This document shows, one piece after another, positions 9,296 to 19,459 of a stretch of 64,000 nt of DNA. A program made the translations under genes and the position numbers. How positions within the stretch are numbered: the first letter of the stretch is position 1; each line of letters opens with the position of its first letter. The notes under the pieces were generated by a model, which was not told where the DNA came from, did no database searches, and saw only the letters and a program-made list of their open reading frames with translations. This DNA comes from Calditrichales bacterium (GTDB lineage: Bacteria; Calditrichota; Calditrichia; Calditrichales; J004). The DNA lies in contig OZ254086.1 in NCBI GenBank assembly GCA_965267575.1, positions 160,001 to 224,000 on the forward strand, in the 5' to 3' direction.

Positions 9296-10152
9296 TGCCT
9301 TTTGTTTAAAGCGTTTTTGAGGGAAATAAGGACATCGTCCGGCACCTGCAGGCGGCCCTTGCCGCTGCCTATTTCCACGTCGGGCTTTACCGTTCCGTGA
9401 AAATCCGAACCGCCGGAAACGACCATACCATGGCGGCGGGCGACATTAAGCAAAAAGTTTGTAAAATTGCGCGTATGCCCGGAGTAGTAAGCCTCAACGC
9501 CATCCATGCCCATTTCACGCATTTCGCGGATGTGGGCTTCGCAATCTTTATAGCGGCGGTGTTTCAGGCTCACCGGGTGGGCCAGAATAGCCAGGCCGCC
9601 GGCCTCATGAATAAGGTCTATGGCTTGTTGCAGTTTCAGCTTTTTTTTGGCGACATAACCGGGCCGCCCTTTGGAGAGCCATTTATGAAAAGCGTCCCAG
9701 ACATTGCTAACAACGCCTTTTTCAATCAGCAGACGCGCGATGTGCGGTCTTCCTGCGCTGCCGGGGCCTATCACCCTCTCCAGTTCTTCGCGGGAAATAT
9801 CAATGCCTTCGGAACGCAGGCGGTCGCTGATATCAAATACACGCTTTTGCCTTGCTTCGCGCAGCTCGCTCAGTGTTTCATTTAACCTGTCGTTTTCCAC
9901 ATCAAGAAAAAGACCCAGCATGTGCAGGTGCGCGCTGCCCGGCATCGGCTCGTCAATGCTGAACTCGCAGCCAGGCACCAACTCGATGAATTTGCTTTTT
10001 GCCGCTTTCAGGGCCGGTCTGTTGCCGGCGATTTCATCGTGGTCGGTCAGGGCGATCGCTTTAAGTTTGTTGTTTGCCGCATGGGTAACAAGTTCTTCCG
10101 GCGTCATGGTGCCGTCGGAAAAGGTGCTGTGCGTATGAAGATCTACGGACAC
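9292..10152 (-). CDS. PHP-domain phosphoesterase, TrpH/YciV (3',5'-nucleoside bisphosphate phosphatase) type
   Basis: DLHTHSTFSDG, ALTDHD, GRPHIA, LAHP, GGSDFHG; GTG start. Confidence 0.88.
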   Translation of the reverse strand: MSVDLHTHSTFSDGTMTPEELVTHAANNKLKAIALTDHDEIAGNRPALKAAKSKFIELVPGCEFSIDEPMPGSAHLHMLGLFLDVENDRLNETLSELREARQKRVFDISDRLRSEGIDISREELERVIGPGSAGRPHIARLLIEKGVVSNVWDAFHKWLSKGRPGYVAKKKLKLQQAIDLIHEAGGLAILAHPVSLKHRRYKDCEAHIREMREMGMDGVEAYYSGHTRNFTNFLLNVARRHGMVVSGGSDFHGTVKPDVEIGSGKGRLQVPDDVLISLKNALNKRQ

Positions 10153-10340
10153 TAAAAATAACCCAGGTCTTTCAGGCGGTCGTTGATATCCTGGTCGTCC
10201 GTGTTGCGGCCGGTTTCTTCCTGCGCCCTTAGATAATCTTGCAGTATAAATCGCAACAGTTCATCAAGATCGCTGAAGCTGCTTTTTTCCAGATGCTGTT
10301 GCAGGCGTTGGACGAGATTTTCATCTATTTCGATCGTCAT
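10152..10340 (-). CDS. small CopG/ribbon-helix-helix-like protein with C-terminal RLKDLGYF motif
   Basis: 62 aa; TIEID strand followed by two helices (FSDLDELLRFIL); RBS GAGGGAG; stop overlaps the PHP start. Confidence 0.75.
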   Translation of the reverse strand: MTIEIDENLVQRLQQHLEKSSFSDLDELLRFILQDYLRAQEETGRNTDDQDINDRLKDLGYF

Positions 10341-10355
10341 CTGTCTCCCTCAAAC

Positions 10356-10382
10356 AAAAAAGGCGGAACATGTCCGCCTTTT
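10356..10382 (-). terminator. internal intrinsic terminator between the nucleotide-sugar dehydrogenase and the RHH gene
   Basis: Minus strand AAAAGGCGGA-CATGT-TCCGCCTTTTTT. Confidence 0.75.
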
Positions 10383-10400
10383 CTGTAAGCAATTTAATGT

Positions 10401-11711
10401 TTACGCTTTTACGATCTTGTCGCGGTTTTCCGTAACATTTTCGGTTGCGTTGCGCGTATCAACGATGAGCCTGGCATGCTTGACAATAAAATCCCACTCA
10501 TAAGCGGAGTGATCCGTCGAGATCAGCACGCAATCGTATGAGGCCAGGTTTTCCGGCGTCAGTTCAACGCTTTTACGCTTGATATCATAATGGCGCATGC
10601 TGGGCAATTCGGGCACAAAAGGATCGTTATAATCAACAACGGCGCCTTTGTCCAGCATGATCTCCATCAGCTTGAACGAAGGTGATTCGCGCGGATCATC
10701 AATATCCTTTTTATAGGCCGCGCCCAGAACAAGCACGTTGCTGCCCTTAAGGCTTTTGCCATGCTCATTAAGCGCGTCCATCACTTTGTTGACCACCCAG
10801 AACGGCATGGAGGTGTTTACCTCACCGGCCAATTCAATAAAACGGGTATTCATTTCATATTCACGCGCTTTCCAGGTCAGGTAAAACGGATCGATCGGAA
10901 TACAGTGACCGCCCAATCCCGGGCCCGGATAAAACGGCATGTAGCCAAAAGGCTTGGTCTTAGCCGCGTTGATCACTTCCCACACATCGATGCCCATGCG
11001 GTCCAGGATCATTTTCATTTCGTTTACCAGGGCGATGTTCACGCTGCGGAAAATATTCTCAAGCAGCTTTGTCGCCTCGGCAGCCTGGCTGCTGGAAACC
11101 GGTACGGTCTGAACGATAACCTGGTTGTAAAGCGCCACAACAAGCTGACGGGCATATTCCGTATTGGCGCCAACCACTTTGGGAATCGTACGCGTGTTGA
11201 AATTGGGGTTATTGGGATCTTCACGCTCGGGCGAAAAAGCCACCCAGAAATCGGTGTCCGCTTTCAGGCCCGATTCTTCCAGGATCGGTTTAAGCACCTC
11301 TTCGGTGGTTCCGGGATAGGTGCTGCTTTCCAGAACGATGAGCTGGCCTTTGCGAATGTTGGGCGCGAGCGTTTTTGCCGTATTGATGATATAGGACATA
11401 TCCGGCTCACGATGCTTTGTGAGCGGTGTCGGCACGGCGATCAAAATGCAATCCGCTTCTTTAATGCGGGTAAAATCGGCCGTTGCTTCAAAAATTTTTG
11501 TGTCGCGCACAGCCTGCACACGCTTTTCATTGATGTGCTTGATGTAGGACCTGCCGTTGTTGAGCAAATCCACCTTGCGCTGGTCAATATCGAATCCAAT
11601 CGTTTTAAAGCCCTGCTCCACAAACTCCATCAGCAGGGGCAATCCAACATAACCAAGTCCAACAACACCAACTATGGCCTTCTTGTCCTCGATATGCTTT
11701 ACTAAATCCAT
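10401..11711 (-). CDS. nucleotide-sugar dehydrogenase, UDP-GlcNAc 6-dehydrogenase (WbpA-like)
   Basis: GLGYVGLP, VLESSTYPGTT, FSPEREDP, PGPGLGGHCIPIDPFYL, YKKDIDDPRESP. Confidence 0.9.
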   Translation of the reverse strand: MDLVKHIEDKKAIVGVVGLGYVGLPLLMEFVEQGFKTIGFDIDQRKVDLLNNGRSYIKHINEKRVQAVRDTKIFEATADFTRIKEADCILIAVPTPLTKHREPDMSYIINTAKTLAPNIRKGQLIVLESSTYPGTTEEVLKPILEESGLKADTDFWVAFSPEREDPNNPNFNTRTIPKVVGANTEYARQLVVALYNQVIVQTVPVSSSQAAEATKLLENIFRSVNIALVNEMKMILDRMGIDVWEVINAAKTKPFGYMPFYPGPGLGGHCIPIDPFYLTWKAREYEMNTRFIELAGEVNTSMPFWVVNKVMDALNEHGKSLKGSNVLVLGAAYKKDIDDPRESPSFKLMEIMLDKGAVVDYNDPFVPELPSMRHYDIKRKSVELTPENLASYDCVLISTDHSAYEWDFIVKHARLIVDTRNATENVTENRDKIVKA

Positions 11712-11729
11712 TTTTCCTCCGGAAAGTTT

Positions 11730-13055
11730 TTAATTTTTATTGTTCGGTCTGCCAATGGAGAAATAATCCAGACCATATTTTTGCATGCGTTTGGTATCGT
11801 AAATATTACGGCCGTCAAAAATGGCCGGTGATTTCAATGTTTCCTTGATCAGGAAGAAATCGGGCTCGCGGAATTCGTTCCACTCGGTCATGATGACCAG
11901 CGCGTCGGCACCTTCAAGGGCGTCATAACGCTTGTCGTGAAGCGTAAGGCCGTTATTGATACGATCGCCTAGAACGCGTTTCGCTTCATTCATCGCTTCG
12001 GGGTCGTGCGCCTGCACTTTTGCTCCGGCGGCATTCAGCGATTTGATCATCTCAATGGCCGGTGCTTCGCGCATGTCGTCTGTTTTCGGCTTAAAGGAAA
12101 GACCCCACATGGCGATCGTTTTGCCTTTCAGATCACCTTTGAAATATTTCTTGATGTCATTGAACAATACGGTTTTCTGCTCTGCATTAACCTCTTCGAC
12201 GGCCTTGAGAATGCGGAAATCCATATCATACTCGGACGCCGTCTTAATAATCGCTTTTACATCTTTGGGGAAGCAGGAACCGCCGTAACCGGTACCGGGA
12301 AAAATAAAGTATGGCCCGATACGCACATCGGAACCGATGCCCTTACGCACCCAGTCCACGTTGGCGCCCACGCGGTTACACAGGTTGGCAATTTCGTTTA
12401 TAAAGGAAATCTTGGTGGCCAGAAGCGCATTGGCAGCATATTTGGTAAGCTCGGCACTGCGCTCATCCATTACAATAATGGGTTTGCCGGTGCGCACAAA
12501 AGGCGCGTACAGATTGCGCATAATCTCGGCGGCTTCTTCATTGCTTGTGCCGATAACCACGCGGTCCGGCTTCATGAAATCGGCGATAGCGGCACCTTCT
12601 TTTAAAAACTCGGGATTGGAAACAACCGCGAAATCATGATCGGTGTGCTTTTGGATTTCCGCTTGAACTTTGTCCGCGGTACCAACGGGCACGGTGCTTT
12701 TATCCACCACGACCTTAAAACCGTTCATGTGCTTTCCGATATCACGGGCCACGGCGAGAACGTGCTTCAAATCGGCGGAGCCGTCTTCATCGGGGGGTGT
12801 GCCCACAGCGATAAAAATAATCTGTGATTTTTGCACTGAACTGGCGATATCCGTGGTGAAGGTAAGGCGCTCCTCGCGTGCATTGCGTTTAATCATCTCT
12901 TCCAGGCCGGGTTCATATATCGGTACTTCCCCGCGCTTGAGCATATCTATCTTGTTTTGGTCTATATCGACGCAAACAACTTCATTACCGGTGTCGGCAA
13001 AACAGGTGCCGGCGACGAGTCCAACGTAGCCGGTTCCAACAACCGCGACTTTCAT
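11730..13055 (-). CDS. ugd: UDP-glucose 6-dehydrogenase
   Basis: [46 protein letters not shown]. Confidence 0.93.
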   Translation of the reverse strand: MKVAVVGTGYVGLVAGTCFADTGNEVVCVDIDQNKIDMLKRGEVPIYEPGLEEMIKRNAREERLTFTTDIASSVQKSQIIFIAVGTPPDEDGSADLKHVLAVARDIGKHMNGFKVVVDKSTVPVGTADKVQAEIQKHTDHDFAVVSNPEFLKEGAAIADFMKPDRVVIGTSNEEAAEIMRNLYAPFVRTGKPIIVMDERSAELTKYAANALLATKISFINEIANLCNRVGANVDWVRKGIGSDVRIGPYFIFPGTGYGGSCFPKDVKAIIKTASEYDMDFRILKAVEEVNAEQKTVLFNDIKKYFKGDLKGKTIAMWGLSFKPKTDDMREAPAIEMIKSLNAAGAKVQAHDPEAMNEAKRVLGDRINNGLTLHDKRYDALEGADALVIMTEWNEFREPDFFLIKETLKSPAIFDGRNIYDTKRMQKYGLDYFSIGRPNNKN

Positions 13056-13086
13056 TAGCTAACTCCTTGCTATATCGGTTAAAGTT

Positions 13087-15363
13087 TTAATAAGCCCGCG
13101 CCCTGCTTTTTTTACCGGGACGCGAATAGTAATTGTGGTAGTAATAGTAGTAGTACGATCCATACATACCGCCAACTTCCACGTTATTTAACAAAGCTCC
13201 AATAATACGGGCATCCACATTATCTAAAAGTGATTTAGCGCGCAGTACAGCGTCATAATTGGTTTGATTAGCTGAGACGACCAATATGGTGCCGTCTACC
13301 CTCGTGGAAATAATCGCCGCGTCGGTCACCGCGATAATCGGCGGCGTATCGAGAATCACCATATCGTATTCTTTTCGCAAGCGCGCCAGCAGGTCCTGCA
13401 TCTGCTTGCTGGATAGCAGTTCCGACGGGTTGGGCGGCAACACGCCGCTGGGTACCACGTCAAGGTTTTCGATGATCGTCTTTTTGATCATTTTTTCGAA
13501 AGGAATATCGCTGAGCAGGTAATTTGTAAGCCCTTCGTCTTTTTCCATACCAAAGATGGAATGGACCACGGGGCGGCGCAGGTCGGCATCGACCAGGACA
13601 ACTTTTTTGCCGCTTTGCGCATTGGCGATTGCCAGGTTTGCCGAAGTGGTCGATTTACCTTCCTTTGGGCCCGAACTGGTAACAATAATGCTGCGAATAT
13701 CATGCTGCACTTTGCTGAACTGCAGGTTGGTGCGCAATGTGCGATAGGCTTCGGAGACCGGCGATTTTGGGTCGAGGTGCGTGATAAGCCGTGCTTCTAT
13801 GCGCTTGCCTTCGATGGGACCAAGCTTGCTGAGACGGCTTTCCAGCTTCTGCTCCATTTTGGACATCTCGATCCTGGGAATACTGGCAAGGATGTTGAAA
13901 CCCAGCATTTCCATATCTTCATGGGATTTAATCGTGTTGTCAAAGTATTCCCGCAAAAAGGTGATGCCAACACCCAGGCCCAGACCAAGCACCATACCCA
14001 GGGCCAGATTCAACCGCTTGTTCGGTTTGGTTGGCTGCAGCGGCTCAATCGCTTCATCCACAATACGCACATCGCGCGGACGGCCGGCTTCCTGGATTTT
14101 GGTTTCCTCCAGTTTCTTGGTCATCATAATATAGGTCTGCTCATCTACTTCGCGGCGGCGCTGCAGGCGGGCCAGTTCCAGCACTTTCTCCGGCAGCGTC
14201 TGCAGTTGATTGTCATACTGACTGACCACTTCCTGCAGGGCGTTTATCTTGGCTGTCGATGCCTTGATTTCCGCATCTACCGTTAAAAGCCGGGTGACAA
14301 GTTGTTGTGAGAATTCCCAGGGATCGCTCACCAGGCTGGACTGTGAGATTTTCTTGGCTTCTTCGGTCAGCTTTGCCCGCAATGAATTAATCTTATCATC
14401 ATAGGTCTTAATATTTCGCTGGAAGAACTGGCGGTTTACGCCTTCCGGCTGCGATTCGATTGCCGTGATATACTTTGTTTTTTCGGCCACCGCTGAAGCC
14501 AGCTCGGCCTGCAGGGTTTCCAGATAAGGCGTGGAAATTTCCGGCATTTCCGTAGCAATGGTTTCGCGCCGCTCGGCAAGCTGCTTTTCCAGGGATGTCT
14601 TCAGTTCCTGGTTGGCTTCCAGCGTTACCTGCGCCTCCTGCAATTGTGCTTCCACGGTAGAAAGACGCGTTACAAGCTCGGATGTCTCTTCATCCAGACT
14701 GGCCACGCGTTCCTGTTCCTGGTAATCGCGCAACAACTCTTCGGATGCCCGTAGCTCTTCGCCCTTTTTGCGCAGCTGATCTTCCAGGAATGAGCGCAGG
14801 TCCGAAATCTCACCACGGTTGAATTCGGCGCTGCTGTTGCTGAATTCCTCAGCCACGGTATTCACGATATATGCAGCCTCAAACGGGCTGGGAGCCGAAT
14901 AGGTAATCTCAATGATATCCGTATCTTTTTTATTGACCACCTCCAGGTTCCCGCGGATGCTGTTCACCATGGCGCGCATGGTCATATATTCACCGTCATC
15001 GTTGGGCTGGAACAGGGCCAGCGAATCGCGCACATCGGAAAGCTCCAGGCGGCGCACAACACGTTCGGCCAGCGACCGGCTTTTGATGATCTCAATCTGG
15101 TTGGATATGTGGGTATTTTGGTTGCTGAATGTGTTGAAGTCGAACAGCGTACGTTCCATGGCTCCGCTACGATCAATAATTATTGAATTGGAAGCGGTAT
15201 AGACAGGACTGGTGGTGAAGGTATAATACACCGTTGCCGTAAAAACAGCCAGGAAAGCAAACAGAATAATCCAGCGGCCCCGGTAAAGTATGCGGATATA
15301 ATCTGTTACGGTAACATTCCGCTCAGGGGCTTGTCCCATTAAGGGATTGCCATTTTGATTCAC
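13087..15363 (-). CDS. wzc: polysaccharide co-polymerase / tyrosine autokinase (Wzc family)
   Basis: Two TM helices flanking a long coiled coil, EAYRTLRTN, Walker A SSGPKEGKST, DADLRRP, ILDTPP, C-terminal Tyr cluster YGSYYYYYYHNYY. Confidence 0.93.
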   Translation of the reverse strand: MNQNGNPLMGQAPERNVTVTDYIRILYRGRWIILFAFLAVFTATVYYTFTTSPVYTASNSIIIDRSGAMERTLFDFNTFSNQNTHISNQIEIIKSRSLAERVVRRLELSDVRDSLALFQPNDDGEYMTMRAMVNSIRGNLEVVNKKDTDIIEITYSAPSPFEAAYIVNTVAEEFSNSSAEFNRGEISDLRSFLEDQLRKKGEELRASEELLRDYQEQERVASLDEETSELVTRLSTVEAQLQEAQVTLEANQELKTSLEKQLAERRETIATEMPEISTPYLETLQAELASAVAEKTKYITAIESQPEGVNRQFFQRNIKTYDDKINSLRAKLTEEAKKISQSSLVSDPWEFSQQLVTRLLTVDAEIKASTAKINALQEVVSQYDNQLQTLPEKVLELARLQRRREVDEQTYIMMTKKLEETKIQEAGRPRDVRIVDEAIEPLQPTKPNKRLNLALGMVLGLGLGVGITFLREYFDNTIKSHEDMEMLGFNILASIPRIEMSKMEQKLESRLSKLGPIEGKRIEARLITHLDPKSPVSEAYRTLRTNLQFSKVQHDIRSIIVTSSGPKEGKSTTSANLAIANAQSGKKVVLVDADLRRPVVHSIFGMEKDEGLTNYLLSDIPFEKMIKKTIIENLDVVPSGVLPPNPSELLSSKQMQDLLARLRKEYDMVILDTPPIIAVTDAAIISTRVDGTILVVSANQTNYDAVLRAKSLLDNVDARIIGALLNNVEVGGMYGSYYYYYYHNYYSRPGKKSRARAY

Positions 15364-15489
15364 GGGATAATAACTCCTATTTCCTTAAAAAAAGCAGGTT
15401 TTTTAACAAGCAAGATTGCACTTTCGGTATCTTTTATAAAATCCTAAATTAAGCAATTTCTTTTGTTGGGGTAAATAAAATTCGGGCGG

Positions 15490-16122
15490 CTATTGACGCA
15501 TATCAACAACCTGCACGCCTTCTTCCGGCTGAAAGGTGAACATGCTGTCATCCAGTTTCTTCTTGCTGTCCAGGTCCTTTATTTCGTAAGTGGTCGTGTT
15601 GCCGTTCAGGTCGGTCACCTCGATTTTGTGAATAAGCCATTCGTCGTCGTCCACCCACAGCTTCATGCTCTTTACAAAACCGTGCACGTTTTCGCGGGGG
15701 TCAAGCTTTACCTCATACATCTTTTTATTGTCGATTGTCTCACTGCCGATAAGGGTGGAGTAGTACTCTTTCGGGTAGACAAACAGCATATCACGGGGCA
15801 ATAGCGCGCCGGAATTCTTACGCACGTTGTCTATGATCAGCTGATTGGAAATGCGGTTATAGGTCCATACCGTTTTACCGTTGGTTACCACAACCTGGTC
15901 ATCGGATTCAAAACGATAGCTGGTGCCGTCCTTAACATAAATTTTACCTGCCGTCTCGTTGCGGCTACCGGTCAGTTTGAATGTTTCCACCTGACGGAAG
16001 GTGGCAGTAAGGTTATCCATATCTTCGTAGGTTTCCTGCACCTCTTCGATGATATCTTCAATGTCTTGCGCCAGCAGCGGCAAAGCCGATACAAGCAGTA
16101 ACGCAATCATATATTTTAACAT
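15490..16122 (-). CDS. lolA: outer-membrane lipoprotein carrier protein, LolA family
   Basis: Signal peptide MLKYMIALLL, ATFRQ, VVTNGKTVWTYN, FTFQPEEGVQVVD; directly downstream of ftsK. Start moved to ATG 16122 (RBS AGAGG). Confidence 0.8.
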   Translation of the reverse strand: MLKYMIALLLVSALPLLAQDIEDIIEEVQETYEDMDNLTATFRQVETFKLTGSRNETAGKIYVKDGTSYRFESDDQVVVTNGKTVWTYNRISNQLIIDNVRKNSGALLPRDMLFVYPKEYYSTLIGSETIDNKKMYEVKLDPRENVHGFVKSMKLWVDDDEWLIHKIEVTDLNGNTTTYEIKDLDSKKKLDDSMFTFQPEEGVQVVDMRQ

Positions 16123-16212
16123 GATTTTTCCTCTGTTTGTCAATTTTCAGGATAGGCCGGAACAGTCCGGCAGGTGTAAGCAAAACGATATTTAAGTGAT
16201 AGTGTTCCGGGG

Positions 16213-18666
16213 TCAGGATATGTTATTCAGCTCCTGTAAAGTCATTAAAACCTCGCGGGGTTTTCCGCCCATGGCCGCGCCTACAACACCTTCATCTTCC
16301 ATCTCGTCTATCAGCCGGGCGGCGCGCGAATAGCCGATTTTCAGCCGGCGCTGTAAAAGGGAGATGGAGCCCTGCTGGCTCTGCACAACGATGGCGCGGG
16401 CGTCTTCATACAACGGGTCGCGGTCATCACCATCATCGCCAAAACCGAGACTGTCGCCACGCGTAGAGCTTGGCTGGGGCAGGCTGTAATATGGCAATTT
16501 AGGCTGTTTGCTGATGTGACGAATCACAGTTTCCACCTCTTCGGTGGCCACAAACGGATTTTGCAGGCGGATGGGTTTGGCCGTCCCCGTAATCTTGAAC
16601 AACAGGTCGCCGTTGCCCAAAAGCTGCTCGGCGCCGTTGATGTCGAGAATAGTGCGTGAGTCGACTTTCGTAGCCACCTGGTAGGCCAATCGCGCCGGCA
16701 GGTTGGCCTTTATCAAACCCGTGATCACATCAACGCTGGGTCGTTGTGTGGCCACTATCATGTGGATGCCCCCGGCCCTGGCCATTTGCGCCAGACGTGC
16801 GATCGGCGTCTCCACTTCCTTGGCGGCCACCATCATCAGGTCGGCCAGCTCATCTATAATCACCACGATGTAGGGCATTTGCTGATGTTCCGTGCCACGA
16901 TACAGCCTGGGATTTTTGGCCACTTTGCGGTTGTATTCGCGGATATTGCGTACCCCCATCTGGTGCATGCGTTCCTGGCGCCGCTCCATCTCCAGCACCA
17001 TGGTGTTAAGCATGCTAACGGCGTTATTGGGCTTGGTAATCACGTCTTCATCCAGGTCGGGCCGATAAAGTAGGTAATGCTCGCGCAGATCGCGGTAAAG
17101 CGACAACTCCAGCTTTTTGGGATCAACCATAACAAATTTAACACGCCCCGGATCAACGCTGTAAAGCAGCGAGCAAATGATGGTGTTGATGCCAACGCTC
17201 TTTCCAGCACCCGTGGCTCCGGCAATCAGCAGGTGCGGCATTTTCACAAGATCGACGATGAATGATTCGCCGTTGATGGCCTTGCCCACGGCCAGCGGCA
17301 GTTCGAACTCGCCCTGGCTGAATTTTTCAGAACGGATCAGCGATTTGAGATAGACCATCTGCGGGTTGCGGTTGGGAATTTCGATACCAACGGCGGCTTT
17401 ACCGGGAATAGGCGCGATAATGCGGATGCCGCGCGCTTCCATGGCCAGCGCAAGGTCGTTTTCCAGGCTGACGATGGAGCTGACCTTTACACCGGGCGCC
17501 GGCTCCAGTTCGTACAGGGTTATTACCGGTCCCGCTGTTACCCGCACCACGCGCGCCTTTACACCGTAATCGCCCAGTTTGGCTTCCAGCAGCGCGGCAT
17601 TGGCTTTCAACTCATCCTTGCTGATACGCGGACGGTCCTTGGGCGGGCTGTTTAACAAATCAATGGAAGGAAACTCAAAACGGGAAATACTCTCTTTTAC
17701 AAGATCGTCATAATCGAGCTGTTTCTCTTTTACCTCTTCGCGCAACTCAAAGTCCATCTCGGCCTGCCCGCCGGATGTATTTTGTGCCGTCTCTTCATCT
17801 TCCGCAAACAGATCCTCTTCTTCCCGCGGCTGGAAATCCTCTTCTTCGTCTTCGGTCGCAAAGGTGTCATCGGAGGTGCTGATCTGCGCTTCATCGAGCG
17901 TCATCTCTTCGGCAGGGCCTTCATCCGCGAATTCCTCTTCCGCTTCCTGCGTAACAGGTTCGGCGGGCTGTTCGACAATCTCTGTTTCAGGCTTTTTCTT
18001 TTTCTCGCGTTTGATCATCGCTTTGCGCTGCGCTTTTTCTTCACGGCGCAGGGCACGTTCGGCCAGCCAGTCGCCCAGACGTTGCTTCAGACTTGCAAAA
18101 AACTCACGGATAGCCCGTCCGGCAACCATGACAGTTTCCAGCATATCAAAACGGACGGTTACAACGAGCAGCACAACCAGCAACAGCGCGCTTACCAGCA
18201 AAGCACCAATATCGCTGAGATACAGAACAAGTTTGGCCGCCAGCCAGCCGCTGATCAGTCCGCTGGGATAATACTCCTTCAAAAGCCCGTCCGTTGCCAG
18301 TGCCTCGGGCAACGCCAGGACAATACCTCCAAACACAGCCCAGGCCAGCAGCTTAAGCGAGGGCACAATCAGCGTGGAAACGTTTTCTTTGCGGTAAAGC
18401 GTAAAGCCGGACATAAACAGCAGCAGCGGAAAAACCAGTGCCGCGTAACCAAATGTCCACTGCATAATGGCGTTGGAGATTACCGCGCCGAGAGGTCCCA
18501 TCCAGTTGTTGACCGGGATCGGTTCGTCACCGATATCCATGCTCACCGGATCGTCGATACGGAAGGAGACGATGGCCAGAAAAAGCAGAAAGGCGCCGCC
18601 CATTAACAAAACGGCTGACGCCTTGCGAAGTCCTTGATTTTGCTCGGTTTGTCGTTTTTTAGACAT
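16213..18666 (-). CDS. ftsK: DNA translocase FtsK
   Basis: N-terminal TM domain, acidic linker, MPHLLIAGATGAGKS, ATQRPSVDVITG, gamma domain SLLQRRLKIGYSRAARLID. Confidence 0.96.
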   Translation of the reverse strand: MSKKRQTEQNQGLRKASAVLLMGGAFLLFLAIVSFRIDDPVSMDIGDEPIPVNNWMGPLGAVISNAIMQWTFGYAALVFPLLLFMSGFTLYRKENVSTLIVPSLKLLAWAVFGGIVLALPEALATDGLLKEYYPSGLISGWLAAKLVLYLSDIGALLVSALLLVVLLVVTVRFDMLETVMVAGRAIREFFASLKQRLGDWLAERALRREEKAQRKAMIKREKKKKPETEIVEQPAEPVTQEAEEEFADEGPAEEMTLDEAQISTSDDTFATEDEEEDFQPREEEDLFAEDEETAQNTSGGQAEMDFELREEVKEKQLDYDDLVKESISRFEFPSIDLLNSPPKDRPRISKDELKANAALLEAKLGDYGVKARVVRVTAGPVITLYELEPAPGVKVSSIVSLENDLALAMEARGIRIIAPIPGKAAVGIEIPNRNPQMVYLKSLIRSEKFSQGEFELPLAVGKAINGESFIVDLVKMPHLLIAGATGAGKSVGINTIICSLLYSVDPGRVKFVMVDPKKLELSLYRDLREHYLLYRPDLDEDVITKPNNAVSMLNTMVLEMERRQERMHQMGVRNIREYNRKVAKNPRLYRGTEHQQMPYIVVIIDELADLMMVAAKEVETPIARLAQMARAGGIHMIVATQRPSVDVITGLIKANLPARLAYQVATKVDSRTILDINGAEQLLGNGDLLFKITGTAKPIRLQNPFVATEEVETVIRHISKQPKLPYYSLPQPSSTRGDSLGFGDDGDDRDPLYEDARAIVVQSQQGSISLLQRRLKIGYSRAARLIDEMEDEGVVGAAMGGKPREVLMTLQELNNIS

Positions 18667-18733
18667 AGAGAATTTTTTACCTTTAAAAACGCCTGAAAAT
18701 ATAAACAAACAAAGAAATCAATCCAAATGCGGA

Positions 18734-19459
18734 CTATTTGCCAAACGCTTCTTTACATAACTGTTTAACAATCGTAATGGCGTTGGATTGATCCATAAAA
18801 AAGGGGCTGGTGGCGATGGTGACGGCTTCGGCATCTTGCAGCCATTGTACAACCCGGCGCTGCTTTTTTTCCATACCCATGTAATCCAGCTCCGGCGCGA
18901 AAAAATCGATGTCCAAATCCAGGATAAAGGGCGGCTCATATTCCTGCTCCAGCGTGGCACTGCTATCAACGATCTTCACATCCGGGATAAGGCCGCTTTC
19001 CAGGGCGGGGATGATAAAGTTGCCCACATTGAGTTGGTAATTGCAGTAATCAAAAGCGCTTTGCAGATTGCTTAAAAGGTCGGCAGGCGGCTTGTTTTCA
19101 GGCTCGCGCATATCGCGGTGCTGATCGACGTGCAGGATAAATGGCAGACTGCCCCACTTTTGATACAGCCAGCACCAGAAGAAAAAAGCGTGGTTGTGGT
19201 TATCGAAAATGAAAATGTCTTTTTCCGCCACCTGCCAATGCACAAAATGCTTCAGCCCGCGACAGGCTTTTTCCACACCCTCTTCTATCTCACAAAAAAC
19301 GATTTCATTGCCGGGCTGCAGATCATCCGCTGTACCTTCCCGCAACGGCGGCACCCAGATGGCTTTGTGCTTGCGTTGCGCGTGACTAAAGGCGTTGTTG
19401 CCGGTGGGGGTGGTTATGGGGAAACCCTGATAAAGTTTTCTTAATTGGGCTTTTATCAA
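18734..19459 (-). CDS. UPF0489-like (arginase/deacetylase-fold) protein
   Basis: DNHNHAF, HVDQHRD, NVGNFI.PA, ILDLDIDFF, TIATSPFF; start uncertain. Confidence 0.7.
   Translation of the reverse strand: MIKAQLRKLYQGFPITTPTGNNAFSHAQRKHKAIWVPPLREGTADDLQPGNEIVFCEIEEGVEKACRGLKHFVHWQVAEKDIFIFDNHNHAFFFWCWLYQKWGSLPFILHVDQHRDMREPENKPPADLLSNLQSAFDYCNYQLNVGNFIIPALESGLIPDVKIVDSSATLEQEYEPPFILDLDIDFFAPELDYMGMEKKQRRVVQWLQDAEAVTIATSPFFMDQSNAITIVKQLCKEAFGK

Noticed and set aside
9292-10152. PHP protein as the CpsB-type tyrosine phosphatase partner of Wzc
   Set aside because: Motifs (HSTFSDG, GRPHIA, GGSDFHG) fit the TrpH/YciV subfamily rather than CpsB/YwqE; not fully excluded.
10761-11705. Long antisense ORFs (also 13561-14286, 17782-18606, 31182-32168, 34020-34883, 49310-50398)
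   Set aside because: Each lies opposite a well-supported gene and has no recognisable motifs; expected from codon bias.
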